DNA of 64,000 nt from Congregibacter sp. (GTDB taxonomy: Bacteria > Pseudomonadota > Gammaproteobacteria > Pseudomonadales > Halieaceae): assembly GCF_047617445.1 (NCBI RefSeq), contig NZ_JBLGBE010000005.1, forward strand, positions 5,093-69,092. Reading direction: 5' to 3'. The notes under the pieces were generated by a model that had not been told where the DNA came from, ran no database searches, and saw only the letters and a list, made by a program, of their open reading frames with translations. This document shows positions 55,915 through 64,000 of the stretch, piece by piece; position 1 is the stretch's first letter, and each line of letters opens with the position of its first letter. Both the position numbers and the translations under genes were made by a program.

Positions 55915-57047
55915 GCTTGCGCGCCCGCAACGGCTTTTACCCAGCGAACTTGTGCGACGCCAAAGCCTGCGTCGCTAAATCGGTAGCTGATGATGCGCTC
56001 AAATGCTGCCTCTTCTCCGATAGTCACAAACGCTAGCATTGATCCCCCGAAGCCACCGCCAGTCATTCTTGCGCCGATGGCGCCGGCTTGTCGTGCTGCG
56101 TCTACCAGAGTATCAAGTTCGGGGCAGCTAACGTCGAAGTCGCGAGAAAGGCTCTCATGGCTTGCGTACATCAACTGACCGGCATTCTCTATTTCATCGT
56201 TTGACAAAGCTGCGGCGAAAGTCAGCACACGGTCATTTTCGCTAATGACATGGCGCGCGCGCGCCTTGATGGTCTCATCTGATAGCTTGAGTAAGTCTTG
56301 AGTGTGAGCATCCCGTAAGGATTTTCCTAGTTGGATCTCTGCAGCTTCTACCTCCGTACGCCGTGTCGCGTAACCGCCATCGGCAAGCGCGTGACTGACA
56401 CCAGAATCAACGATCGCTACCACGAGCTGTGGAGGAATACGTACCGAACGAATGCTGTGCTTGCGGCAGTCCAGGAGCATTGCCTGATTCTCTTCTGCGA
56501 AGGTTACAGCGAACTGATCAAGAATGCCGCAAGGTACGCCCGCGTAGTCGTGTTCTGCTTGTTGGCAAAGCAGTGCACGTTCCATCGCGGGTAACGCATG
56601 GTTGCTGGCCAATTCAATGAGTGTGGCAAAGCACAGTTCCAGGGATGCGCTGCTGGATAAGCCTGCGCCTAAGGGCAGGTTGCCGCCAATAACAATGTCC
56701 ATGGCCGGTACGTGAAGGTTTCGCTGTCGGTATTGGCTCAACACCCCTCGCAGGTAGTCTGTCCAGTCGCCGGTGCGAGGATCTGGTCCATTTAACTGAA
56801 GTTTGGCTTCACCTTCACGCGTGCTCAGAATGCGAATGGAATTGTCACCGGTGGCGCTCGGTGCAGCGACTGCCAGGGTGTACAGATTGATGCCCATGGG
56901 TAGGGCAAAGCCCTGCGAATAGTCAGTGTGGTCGCCAATGAGATTGACGCGCCCGGGAGCCTTCGCTGCCCACATCGGTTGCGAGCCGCTGCGCTCTTCC
57001 AGTGCCTGTCCCAAAGAGGTGAGCAGGCCGTTGAGAGAGTCAGTCAT
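55899..57047 (-). CDS. galK: Galactokinase
   Basis: Signature APGRVNLIGDHTDYS and GHMP motifs GAGLSSSASLE and MTGGGFGG. I prefer the start at ATG 57045-57047 (MTDSLNG...), 2 nt after the GH42 stop. Its 3' end overlaps galT by 16 nt. Confidence 0.92.
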   Translation of the reverse strand: MTDSLNGLLTSLGQALEERSGSQPMWAAKAPGRVNLIGDHTDYSQGFALPMGINLYTLAVAAPSATGDNSIRILSTREGEAKLQLNGPDPRTGDWTDYLRGVLSQYRQRNLHVPAMDIVIGGNLPLGAGLSSSASLELCFATLIELASNHALPAMERALLCQQAEHDYAGVPCGILDQFAVTFAEENQAMLLDCRKHSIRSVRIPPQLVVAIVDSGVSHALADGGYATRRTEVEAAEIQLGKSLRDAHTQDLLKLSDETIKARARHVISENDRVLTFAAALSNDEIENAGQLMYASHESLSRDFDVSCPELDTLVDAARQAGAIGARMTGGGFGGSMLAFVTIGEEAAFERIISYRFSDAGFGVAQVRWVKAVAGAQAWNWT

Positions 57048-58995
57048 TTGCCTGCTGCCAGATTGAGTAGTCACCCTGGGCCAGATCCAAGCTGCCCAGA
57101 ATGCAGCGCGCATCCTTGGCTTCGAAACGTCGGGTATCCGCGGAGAAATTAAACGCGAATGTCAGCGGCCCTCGACGCCGGACGCGCAAGCCTTCCTGGA
57201 GAGGTTTATAAGGCGCCTCTGCGGCGCTAAGGATTTCCTGAATCACCAGCGTCAGAAACTCTGAAGGCACATGCGCGTTGATGTAGTGGTTGTTGCCGGC
57301 GCTGTACCAAAGGCCTGCGCCATCGTCGCAGCGTATTCGCGGCTCGATGGTGCTTTCTACAGATTCGTGCCAGCGACTGGCTTCAAAAGTGTGTCCGGCA
57401 TACGCGAAGGGTCGCACCGCGCCGCGGCGCATGCTGTCTACAGCGACCACCCGCAGGGGGATGATTGTCTGGATAGGGCCCGGAGCGAGCGCAGTAGGTA
57501 GTGCGCAGTGCTCATCCCGTGAGCCGCTGCGAGCGCCGATGAGGCAATTGACCCTGGCCGCTTTCGCCCGAGCGATAAATGTCGCATCTACAATCACCGT
57601 GCCGGGAATGATCAGCAGTTTGTAATCCTGGAGGTTTGATTTTGCATCAACAATGTCGATATCCAAACCTAGTGCGCGGGCAGCGCTGTAATATTGAAAT
57701 GTGCTTTCTAACTGATGCATACCCGGAGCGTGGGGTTGGATTGTGCTTGCCCAACACGATGGATAGTCAAAGAGTAGTGCGATGGGTGCTTGCGTGCTGC
57801 CGAAGGCCGGTAAGCTCTCAAGCTCGCCAGCCAGTTGGCTAACCGAGGCCCAGGCAGGCGCTGCTTCGCCAGTAGGCAATCGCAATGCGGCGTGCATTTG
57901 CTCTTGGGCCCGGGGCAGTTGTTGATACCTGAAATAGCTGACGAATTCGGCGCCATGGGCGACCGCTTCCATACCCCAGAATGCCGGTGCGCTATCCAGA
58001 GGTTGTGCATTGGATTCCGCCCAGTTCACGGGGCCAGGTTGTTGTTCCATTACCGCGAACCGGCCACGACCCACAGCGCGATACAAATCATGATGAAACG
58101 CGGCCCAGTCAGGATGACCGATGCGGCGATAACGTAGCTTCTCATCGTTGCTGAACCAGCCTTGATCGAGAAATCCCAGGGGATAGCTGTCCCAGCTTGC
58201 AACATCCAAATCTTCGCCGACGGTAAAGTGATCAAACTCGACGAAGTTGCCCATGAAATTGTGCGTCACCCAGCGGTCGGATCCCTGGGAGTCCCTAAGT
58301 ATCTGTCGTTGCTCAGCATTGAAGTCCCGCACCTGATCAGAGGCGAAGCGCCAATAGTCCAGACGATGGGCGGGATTAACTTCGGTAACGGTGAGGTTGG
58401 GTCGGCCCACCTCGGCAAAGCTTCGATATTCCTGACTCCAGAACACTGTGCCCCAGGCTTTGTTTAATGCGTCAATGTCCGCATGACGCGCTTCCAGCCA
58501 ACGCTGAAAAGCGCGCTCATCATCCTCGGCATAACTCAGCGTAGTCTCGTGACATCCGTATTCGTTGTCGAGTTGCCAGCCCACAATGGCGGGGTGTGTC
58601 GCATAGCGGTCGATCACTGCTTGACTGATTCGTGTGGACTCGGCGCGGTACACCGAGCTTGCGAAGCGATAGTGGCGACGTGAACCAAAGCGTCGAACGT
58701 GATCCTTGCTGTCTACGGGCAGAATCTCGGGGTAGCGCTCGACCAACCACAGCGGTGGACAGGCCGTGGGTGTGCACATGATGATCTGAAGGTTTTCGGC
58801 GGCGAGAGTGTCTATCGCTGAATCCAGCCACTCCCAATCAAAGTGACCTGGGCTTGGTTCTATACGTGACCATGCGAACTCGGCAATGCGCACAAGCTCT
58901 ATTCCGCCGCTGCGCATGGTCTTTGCCTGTTCGGCCCATACCTCGCGCGGCCAGTGCTCTGGGTAGTAGCAGACGCCGATAGAAGCTAGAGCCAT
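57040..58995 (-). CDS. Beta-galactosidase (GH42)
   Basis: 651 aa. N-terminus IGVCYYPEHWPREVWAEQAKTMRSGGIELVRIAEFAWSRIEP and WQLDNEYG (acid/base Glu context) are characteristic of GH42. Confidence 0.88.
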   Translation of the reverse strand: MALASIGVCYYPEHWPREVWAEQAKTMRSGGIELVRIAEFAWSRIEPSPGHFDWEWLDSAIDTLAAENLQIIMCTPTACPPLWLVERYPEILPVDSKDHVRRFGSRRHYRFASSVYRAESTRISQAVIDRYATHPAIVGWQLDNEYGCHETTLSYAEDDERAFQRWLEARHADIDALNKAWGTVFWSQEYRSFAEVGRPNLTVTEVNPAHRLDYWRFASDQVRDFNAEQRQILRDSQGSDRWVTHNFMGNFVEFDHFTVGEDLDVASWDSYPLGFLDQGWFSNDEKLRYRRIGHPDWAAFHHDLYRAVGRGRFAVMEQQPGPVNWAESNAQPLDSAPAFWGMEAVAHGAEFVSYFRYQQLPRAQEQMHAALRLPTGEAAPAWASVSQLAGELESLPAFGSTQAPIALLFDYPSCWASTIQPHAPGMHQLESTFQYYSAARALGLDIDIVDAKSNLQDYKLLIIPGTVIVDATFIARAKAARVNCLIGARSGSRDEHCALPTALAPGPIQTIIPLRVVAVDSMRRGAVRPFAYAGHTFEASRWHESVESTIEPRIRCDDGAGLWYSAGNNHYINAHVPSEFLTLVIQEILSAAEAPYKPLQEGLRVRRRGPLTFAFNFSADTRRFEAKDARCILGSLDLAQGDYSIWQQAND

Positions 58996-59006
58996 GGTTC
59001 ACCTCA

Positions 59007-60206
59007 TCAAACAGATAATCGTCGTGCCACCACTAACGCCAGAACGACGGCTATGGCACCGGAAAAGCCCGTCCAACCCAGTCCGATAGAACTGGTGACC
59101 GCTCCACCCATAGACGAGCCAATACCTTGACCAGAGTAAATCATCGACCCATTCAAAGCGAAGGCGATGGTCGCCGCGGGACCCGCAGCCTGAGCCAGCT
59201 GAGTCTGAATAACCGGGGAGGTGCCAAACAATGCGGCAGAGTTGAAAGCCATGGTGAATACCAGTACCGGGATTGAAAAGGCGGCCAGGTCAAAGAGCAT
59301 ACCCACAGAAAATAGTAATTGCGTCAGCAAGACGACGGCTAGCAGTGTTGTCAGAGCGGTACGGGCGCTGAGCTTGGCTAGCATCGCGCCGGCCGGAAGC
59401 CCCAGGAGGCTACCAAGCCCTGTGGAGATTTGAATCGCGGCAATGCCTGACCCGGTAATCCCCGTGGACGCGGTGATTACCGGCCCAATGTAACTCACCG
59501 TAGCGAACGTGCCGGCAAAGCCCAGCATGGTGATGAGCATGAACTTGGGGTTCTCACCTTGAAGCGCACGACGAAAGCTAGAGGCACCGGGCTGGGGTAC
59601 ATGAATGTGTGCAGGGGCAAACAAGCCAATCACCACCAGTGCCACGCCTGCTATGGCCGCGGCGAGCCAGAATGCTGAGCGCCAGCCGTAGACGTCACCC
59701 AGAATACTTCCAGCCGGCATGCCGATCAGGAATGCCAATGTGTAACCCGCCAGTACAGTTGCTATAGCCTTGGGCCTGTCTGCCTCAGGAACCAGGCTTA
59801 CTGCCAATGTCGATGCCAGAGGTAGTGTGAGCGCCGCAAAAAAACCGGCGGTGAATCTGATGCTACCTATGATGATTAAGTCGGGTGCGATCGCCGATCC
59901 GACATTCATGAAGACGAGAATTGTGAGGACGCACAACAGTAAGCGCTTGCGGTCGAACTTTGAGAGCAGTCGAGCGAGGATAGGCCCACCAATACCGCAA
60001 GCAAGCGCAAACACGGTTTGTAGTTGACCAACGCTAGCGATACCAACGCCAAGGTCCCGGGACATGGGTTCGATGAGTCCGATATAAATAAATGCGCTGG
60101 TGCCTAGTGCGAAGGGGGCAAAGACTAGGCTAAGGAGTCTGGTGTTCAAGAAGTTGTTTCCACAGGAACAGGGGCTTTGAGTAAGGGCGCTCACCGTACG
60201 TGGCAA
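59007..60206 (-). CDS. MFS transporter (DHA1/sugar-efflux-like), first gene of the galactoside operon
   Basis: About 12 TM segments and an MFS motif-A-like GPILARLLSKFDRKR. The start is uncertain (TTG at 60206, with no early ATG). It ends 11 nt before the GH42 start. Confidence 0.7.
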   Translation of the reverse strand: MPRTVSALTQSPCSCGNNFLNTRLLSLVFAPFALGTSAFIYIGLIEPMSRDLGVGIASVGQLQTVFALACGIGGPILARLLSKFDRKRLLLCVLTILVFMNVGSAIAPDLIIIGSIRFTAGFFAALTLPLASTLAVSLVPEADRPKAIATVLAGYTLAFLIGMPAGSILGDVYGWRSAFWLAAAIAGVALVVIGLFAPAHIHVPQPGASSFRRALQGENPKFMLITMLGFAGTFATVSYIGPVITASTGITGSGIAAIQISTGLGSLLGLPAGAMLAKLSARTALTTLLAVVLLTQLLFSVGMLFDLAAFSIPVLVFTMAFNSAALFGTSPVIQTQLAQAAGPAATIAFALNGSMIYSGQGIGSSMGGAVTSSIGLGWTGFSGAIAVVLALVVARRLSV

Positions 60207-60291
60207 TCCTAGTGAAGATCAAGCGATAAGCGGCGTATTGCGCGGTACTATAAGGACAAAATTCGCACAGTCGAGTAACGGAGCAAGCATC

Positions 60292-61464
60292 ATGCGATGG
60301 GCTTTGACAGTAGGTCTTATTTTTGTGGCGGCTGCGGTCATTGTTTTCAGTTTAGGGCCTGGTCGTCTTGAGCGGTCGTTGAATCAGGTGCTGGATCATG
60401 AGCCCTATGCGATATCCGCCGAAGCTAAAGCCTTACACGCGGATCTTATCGTTGGTGACTTACATACAGACAGTACGCTGTGGGCACGAGACCTTACCCA
60501 GCGCGCTGATCGTGGCCACGTTGACCTGCCAAGGCTCCGTGAAGCTAACGTTGCACTCCAGGCATTTACCTTTGTGACACGTTCGCCCAAGGGTCAAAAC
60601 TATGAAAGTAATGACGCCGGTGCCATGGACAATATTACGCTAGTGGCGTTGATCCAACGCTGGCCTATGGCTACTTGGTCTAGTCTTACCGAGCGTGCGC
60701 TTTTACAGGCGCAAAAGCTGGCACAGATTGAAAGAGAAGACCCTCAGTCTCTGCGGATACTGCGCAGCCGAGACGATCTTGAGTCCGTGATGCAGGCGCG
60801 TGCGAAGGGCGTGCCCATGGTTGGGGCTCTGCTGGGTATCGAGGGGTCTCACGCGCTGGAAGGGTCTCTGGAAAACATTGACAGATTGCGTGATGCGGGG
60901 GTGCGCATGTTCGGCCTGCACCATTTCTTTGATAACGCGCTAGGGGGGTCTTTACACGGCACGGGTGGCGGAGGTCTCAGCGGCTTTGGCCGGGATGTCG
61001 TAAAACGGATCGACGAGCGCGATGCGATTATCGATGTCGCACATTCATCAGAGCAAAGTGTTCGTGATGTTTTGGCTATGAGTGCCTCGCCCCTTGTGGT
61101 GAGTCATACAGGCTTTCAGGGCTATTGCCCGACCCCTAGAAACATCGGTGACGAGCTTATGCAACAAATTGCAAGGGGTGGCGGTTTGATTGGCGTGGGC
61201 TACTGGGACGCTGCGATCTGCGATGTTTCTGCTGCCGGAATAGTCGGTGCTATTCGCTATGGGATTGACCTTGTGGGGGTCGAACACGTGGCTCTGGGTT
61301 CTGATTATGACGGCAGCACCACGGTGCCTTTTGATACCTCGGAGCTTGCGGCACTCACGCAGGAAATGCTCAATCAAAACTTCAGCGAGGAGGAGATCCG
61401 CAAGGTTATGGGCGGTAATATGCTGCGCTTCCTTCAAAAATCTCTTCCTGCGAACGACCCTTAA
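60292..61464 (+). CDS. Membrane-anchored dipeptidase (peptidase family M19)
   Basis: Start at ATG 60292 (MRWALTVGLIFVAAAVIVF anchor). M19 motifs GDLHTDS, GIEGSHALEG, IIDVAHSSE and ALGSDYDGS are present. Confidence 0.85.
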   Translation: MRWALTVGLIFVAAAVIVFSLGPGRLERSLNQVLDHEPYAISAEAKALHADLIVGDLHTDSTLWARDLTQRADRGHVDLPRLREANVALQAFTFVTRSPKGQNYESNDAGAMDNITLVALIQRWPMATWSSLTERALLQAQKLAQIEREDPQSLRILRSRDDLESVMQARAKGVPMVGALLGIEGSHALEGSLENIDRLRDAGVRMFGLHHFFDNALGGSLHGTGGGGLSGFGRDVVKRIDERDAIIDVAHSSEQSVRDVLAMSASPLVVSHTGFQGYCPTPRNIGDELMQQIARGGGLIGVGYWDAAICDVSAAGIVGAIRYGIDLVGVEHVALGSDYDGSTTVPFDTSELAALTQEMLNQNFSEEEIRKVMGGNMLRFLQKSLPANDP

Positions 61465-61647
61465 TCAAACTGCCGTTTGCGTGTCACCTACGGACAACTT
61501 TGCCGAGCGCTGCCGCCCTTGGAGCGGCGCGTGTCGCGATGCACAATTCCTGCCGATAATTTGTTCTGCCCCCAAGGGGGTCTGCGAAGTGCCTTATCAG
61601 ACACATAAGCCGTAGGCATATAATTTTTAATTAAAAAGGAGTTCAGC

Positions 61648-62415
61648 ATGTCAGGTAACGAAGTTCTTACAGAAAAGATTGATGGTGTTCTGATAATCAC
61701 CTTAAATCGTCCGGAGGTTAGAAATGCCGCTAACCGGGCATTGGCGGTAGGGGTTGCTGCAGCAATTGACGAGTTGGAATCGGACGACAGTTTACGCGTT
61801 GCGATTCTCACCGGTGCTGGTGGAACTTTCTGTTCCGGCATGGACCTCAAGGCGTTTGTTACCGGAGAGCTTCCTCAGATAGAAGGCCGGGGGTTTGCCG
61901 GTCTGACCGAGTATCGCTCCAGCAAGCCTATCATAGCGGCAGTAGAAGGCTATGCCCTGGCAGGCGGGTTTGAGCTTGCGATCAGCTGTGACCTTATCGT
62001 GGCCTCTGACAGCAGTAAATTCGGCATACCCGAGGTAAAGCGCGGACTCGCTGCCGCCGCGGGTGGCCTGGTCAAATTGCCCAAGCAGATCCCTTCACGC
62101 ATTGCGATGGAACTGGCGTTAACCGGAGAATTCATCAGCGCTTCTCGCGCCTACGAGCTGGGTTTGATTAATCGAATCTCAGAGGCGGGCAAGGCGCTTG
62201 AGGACGCTCAAGAATTGGCAAAGAGTATTGCAGCGAACGGCCCGTTGGCTGTTGCAGCGAGCTTGAAGGCGGTAGCCGGTGCACAAGATTGGAATAGTGA
62301 TGAGATGTTCGCAAAGCAACAAGAGATTGTTGGACATGTATTTACCAGTGAGGACGCCATCGAGGGTGCAACAGCCTTCGCACAAAAGCGCGCACCCAAC
62401 TGGAAAGGCAAATAG
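61648..62415 (+). CDS. Enoyl-CoA hydratase/isomerase (crotonase family)
   Basis: 255 aa. Motifs ITLNRPEVRNA, GAGGTFCSGMDLK, AAVEGYALAGGFELA. Confidence 0.88.
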   Translation: MSGNEVLTEKIDGVLIITLNRPEVRNAANRALAVGVAAAIDELESDDSLRVAILTGAGGTFCSGMDLKAFVTGELPQIEGRGFAGLTEYRSSKPIIAAVEGYALAGGFELAISCDLIVASDSSKFGIPEVKRGLAAAAGGLVKLPKQIPSRIAMELALTGEFISASRAYELGLINRISEAGKALEDAQELAKSIAANGPLAVAASLKAVAGAQDWNSDEMFAKQQEIVGHVFTSEDAIEGATAFAQKRAPNWKGK

Positions 62416-62427
62416 GAGTTTAGAGTT

Positions 62428-63666
62428 ATGAACGAAGCCTGGATTATCGACGCCTGTCGGACACCTCGTGGTATTGGCAAGAAAGGGAAGGGCGCTTTAG
62501 CGCACCTGCATCCTCAGCATCTCGGCTCGACCGTTCTTCGAGCGCTCGCCGAGCGCAATAACATCAACACTGCTGATGTAGATGACATTATATTTGGTAC
62601 CAGCTGGCAGCGCGGTACTCAGGGTGGCGACTTGGCGCGCATGGCCGCGCTGGATGCGGGCTACGACGTACGTAGCTCAGCAGTCACTCTGGACCGTTTT
62701 TGTGGATCAGGCATTACGTCGGTGAGCATCGCTGCGGCGTCGATCATGAGCGGCATGGAGGATCTGGTCGTAGCCGGTGGTTGCGAAATGATGTCGCTGT
62801 ATGGCTCTGACCCTAGTCAGTCGCCCTTTATGGATAACGGCAATCTGCATCTGCGGGAAATGCACCCGCAGCCACATCAGGGTGTTTGTGCTGATGCCAT
62901 TGCGACCTTAGAGAATATTCCCAGGACAGCCCTGGATGCTTTGGCCATTGCTTCGCAGGAAAACGCAGCGGCGGCTATCGCAAACGGACACTTTGATCGC
63001 AGCCTGGTACCGGTACTCAATCCTGACGGTAGCGTCGCGCTGGATCGTGAAGAGTTTCCGCGTCCTGAAACGACGCTTGAAGGACTCGCTGCGCTCAAGC
63101 CCTCTTTTGAGCCTATCGCCGACTATCCTTTGGATGAGCAGGGCACGACATTTCGCAAGTTGGTGACTCAGGTGTACCCCGGCCTTGCCATCAATCATGT
63201 GCATCATGCCGGCAACTCCTCGGGTGTGGTAGATGGCGCTGCGGCCTTGCTGCTGGCTTCTCCAGAATACGCAAAGGCTCACGGGCTCAAGCCTCGGGCG
63301 CGGGTAGTTGCCATGGCGAACATGGGTGACTCCCCCACATTAATGCTCAATGCTCCTGTGCCTGCGGCCCACAAGGTCCTTAAAAAAGCGGGTATGAGTC
63401 TTTCGGACATCGACCTTTTTGAGATTAACGAGGCTTTTGCGGTGGTTGCCGAAAAGTTTATCCGGGATCTTGATCTGGACCGCAGTAAGGTGAATGTGAA
63501 CGGTGGAGCCATGGCTTTGGGTCATCCCATCGGTGGTACGGGTTCTGTGCTGATCGGTACGATTCTTGATGAGCTGGAACGCCGTGATCAACAGTTTGGT
63601 CTGGTGACCATGTGTGCCGCAGGTGGAATGGCGCCAGCGATTATCATTGAGCGGATAGCCGCCTAA
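62428..63666 (+). CDS. Acetyl-CoA C-acyltransferase (thiolase)
   Basis: 412 aa. Active-site Cys context LDRFCGSG, NVNGGAMALGHPIGGTG and MCAAGGMA are present. Confidence 0.9.
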   Translation: MNEAWIIDACRTPRGIGKKGKGALAHLHPQHLGSTVLRALAERNNINTADVDDIIFGTSWQRGTQGGDLARMAALDAGYDVRSSAVTLDRFCGSGITSVSIAAASIMSGMEDLVVAGGCEMMSLYGSDPSQSPFMDNGNLHLREMHPQPHQGVCADAIATLENIPRTALDALAIASQENAAAAIANGHFDRSLVPVLNPDGSVALDREEFPRPETTLEGLAALKPSFEPIADYPLDEQGTTFRKLVTQVYPGLAINHVHHAGNSSGVVDGAAALLLASPEYAKAHGLKPRARVVAMANMGDSPTLMLNAPVPAAHKVLKKAGMSLSDIDLFEINEAFAVVAEKFIRDLDLDRSKVNVNGGAMALGHPIGGTGSVLIGTILDELERRDQQFGLVTMCAAGGMAPAIIIERIAA

Positions 63667-63681
63667 ATCGGGAGAAGGTAT

Positions 63682-64000
63682 TTGTACGAATTCAGCAAGG
63701 CTTCATTGGCCTATCAGGATAGTTTGCGTGCCTTTATGGACGCGCATATTTACCCCAACGAGGAGCGGTATCGTCAACAGCTGGATGCCGCCGAAGATCG
63801 CTTTGGGTATCTACCGATCATGGACGAGCTTAAGGCTAAGGCACGGGAGGCGGGGCTGTGGAATATGTTTGTTCCGCCCAAACTGGCGGAGCATGTAGAT
63901 CACGATGGATTGAGTAATCTGGATTACGCGCCTTTGGCGGAGCTCATGGGTCGCGTGATTTGGTGTCCGGAAGTCTTCAACTGCAACGCGCCGGACACCG
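63682..64000 (+). CDS. Acyl-CoA dehydrogenase, 5' fragment (runs off the right edge of the window)
   Basis: My translation starts from the TTG at 63682 (GGAGAAGG 4 nt upstream). It gives YEFSKASLAYQDSLRAFMDAHIYPNEERY...GLWNMFVPP...GLSNLDYAPLAELMGRVIWCPEVFNCNAPDT, typical of the FadE2/ACAD10-like N-terminus. No stop occurs before the window end. Confidence 0.75.
   Translation, partial: MYEFSKASLAYQDSLRAFMDAHIYPNEERYRQQLDAAEDRFGYLPIMDELKAKAREAGLWNMFVPPKLAEHVDHDGLSNLDYAPLAELMGRVIWCPEVFNCNAPDT

Noticed and set aside
1-64000. Looked for mobile elements, tRNA/rRNA genes, toxin-antitoxin pairs, restriction-modification genes or other defence-system hallmarks
   Set aside because: None of the translated ORFs shows nuclease, methylase, integrase, transposase, ATPase-defence or phage structural motifs. 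The only AT-rich stretches I noticed by eye are short promoter-like segments, with no obvious island-like region. The window appears to be core metabolic chromosome.

Overview
This window looks like ordinary chromosomal backbone of a moderately GC-rich, probably marine, Gammaproteobacterium; that taxonomic guess rests only on gene content and protein motifs. I found no rRNA, tRNA, CRISPR array, transposase, integrase, phage gene or recognisable defence genes. About 55 protein genes are supported, and almost all are metabolic or transport genes.

Main blocks, left to right:
- Small redox genes and ppdK.
- A TonB-dependent receptor.
- Exported hydrolases: amidohydrolase, formylglycine-type sulfatase and gamma-glutamyltransferase.
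- A heavily decayed MscS-type channel pseudogene, next to dinB.
- A nitrogen-scavenging block: a signal-peptide-bearing, N-terminally extended arginase-family ureohydrolase and a parvulin-like protein, followed by urtABCDE. Both units have near-consensus sigma-54 promoters.
- maeB.
- A beta-glucoside block: two cytoplasmic GH3 enzymes, a divergent GPH symporter and a LytS/LytTR two-component pair.
- gap, divergent from a seven-gene hexR-ppc-edd-glk-eda-zwf-pgl unit.
- arsC and two serine/threonine dehydratases.
- A six-gene galactoside operon: MFS, GH42, galK, galT, SSS and GH36.
- An M19 dipeptidase and the start of a beta-oxidation operon.

Nothing here resembles a wholly new multi-gene system. 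The items most worth a second look are:
- the apparently exported ureohydrolase, physically and regulatorily coupled to the urea importer;
- a PDZ domain apparently inserted into a SnoaL/NTF2-like fold;
- a small secreted protein built from about 10-aa VDMEKA-type repeats;
- an unusually repeat-dense convergent intergenic region (7-mer tandem, perfect 17-bp inverted repeat, 8-mer x 6.9 tandem);
- a cluster of AlgR-like CCGTT core motifs in the divergent GH3/GPH control region beside the LytTR regulator;
- ppc translationally coupled to hexR at the head of the Entner-Doudoroff operon.

All functional calls come from reading the translations for family motifs. No database search was run.
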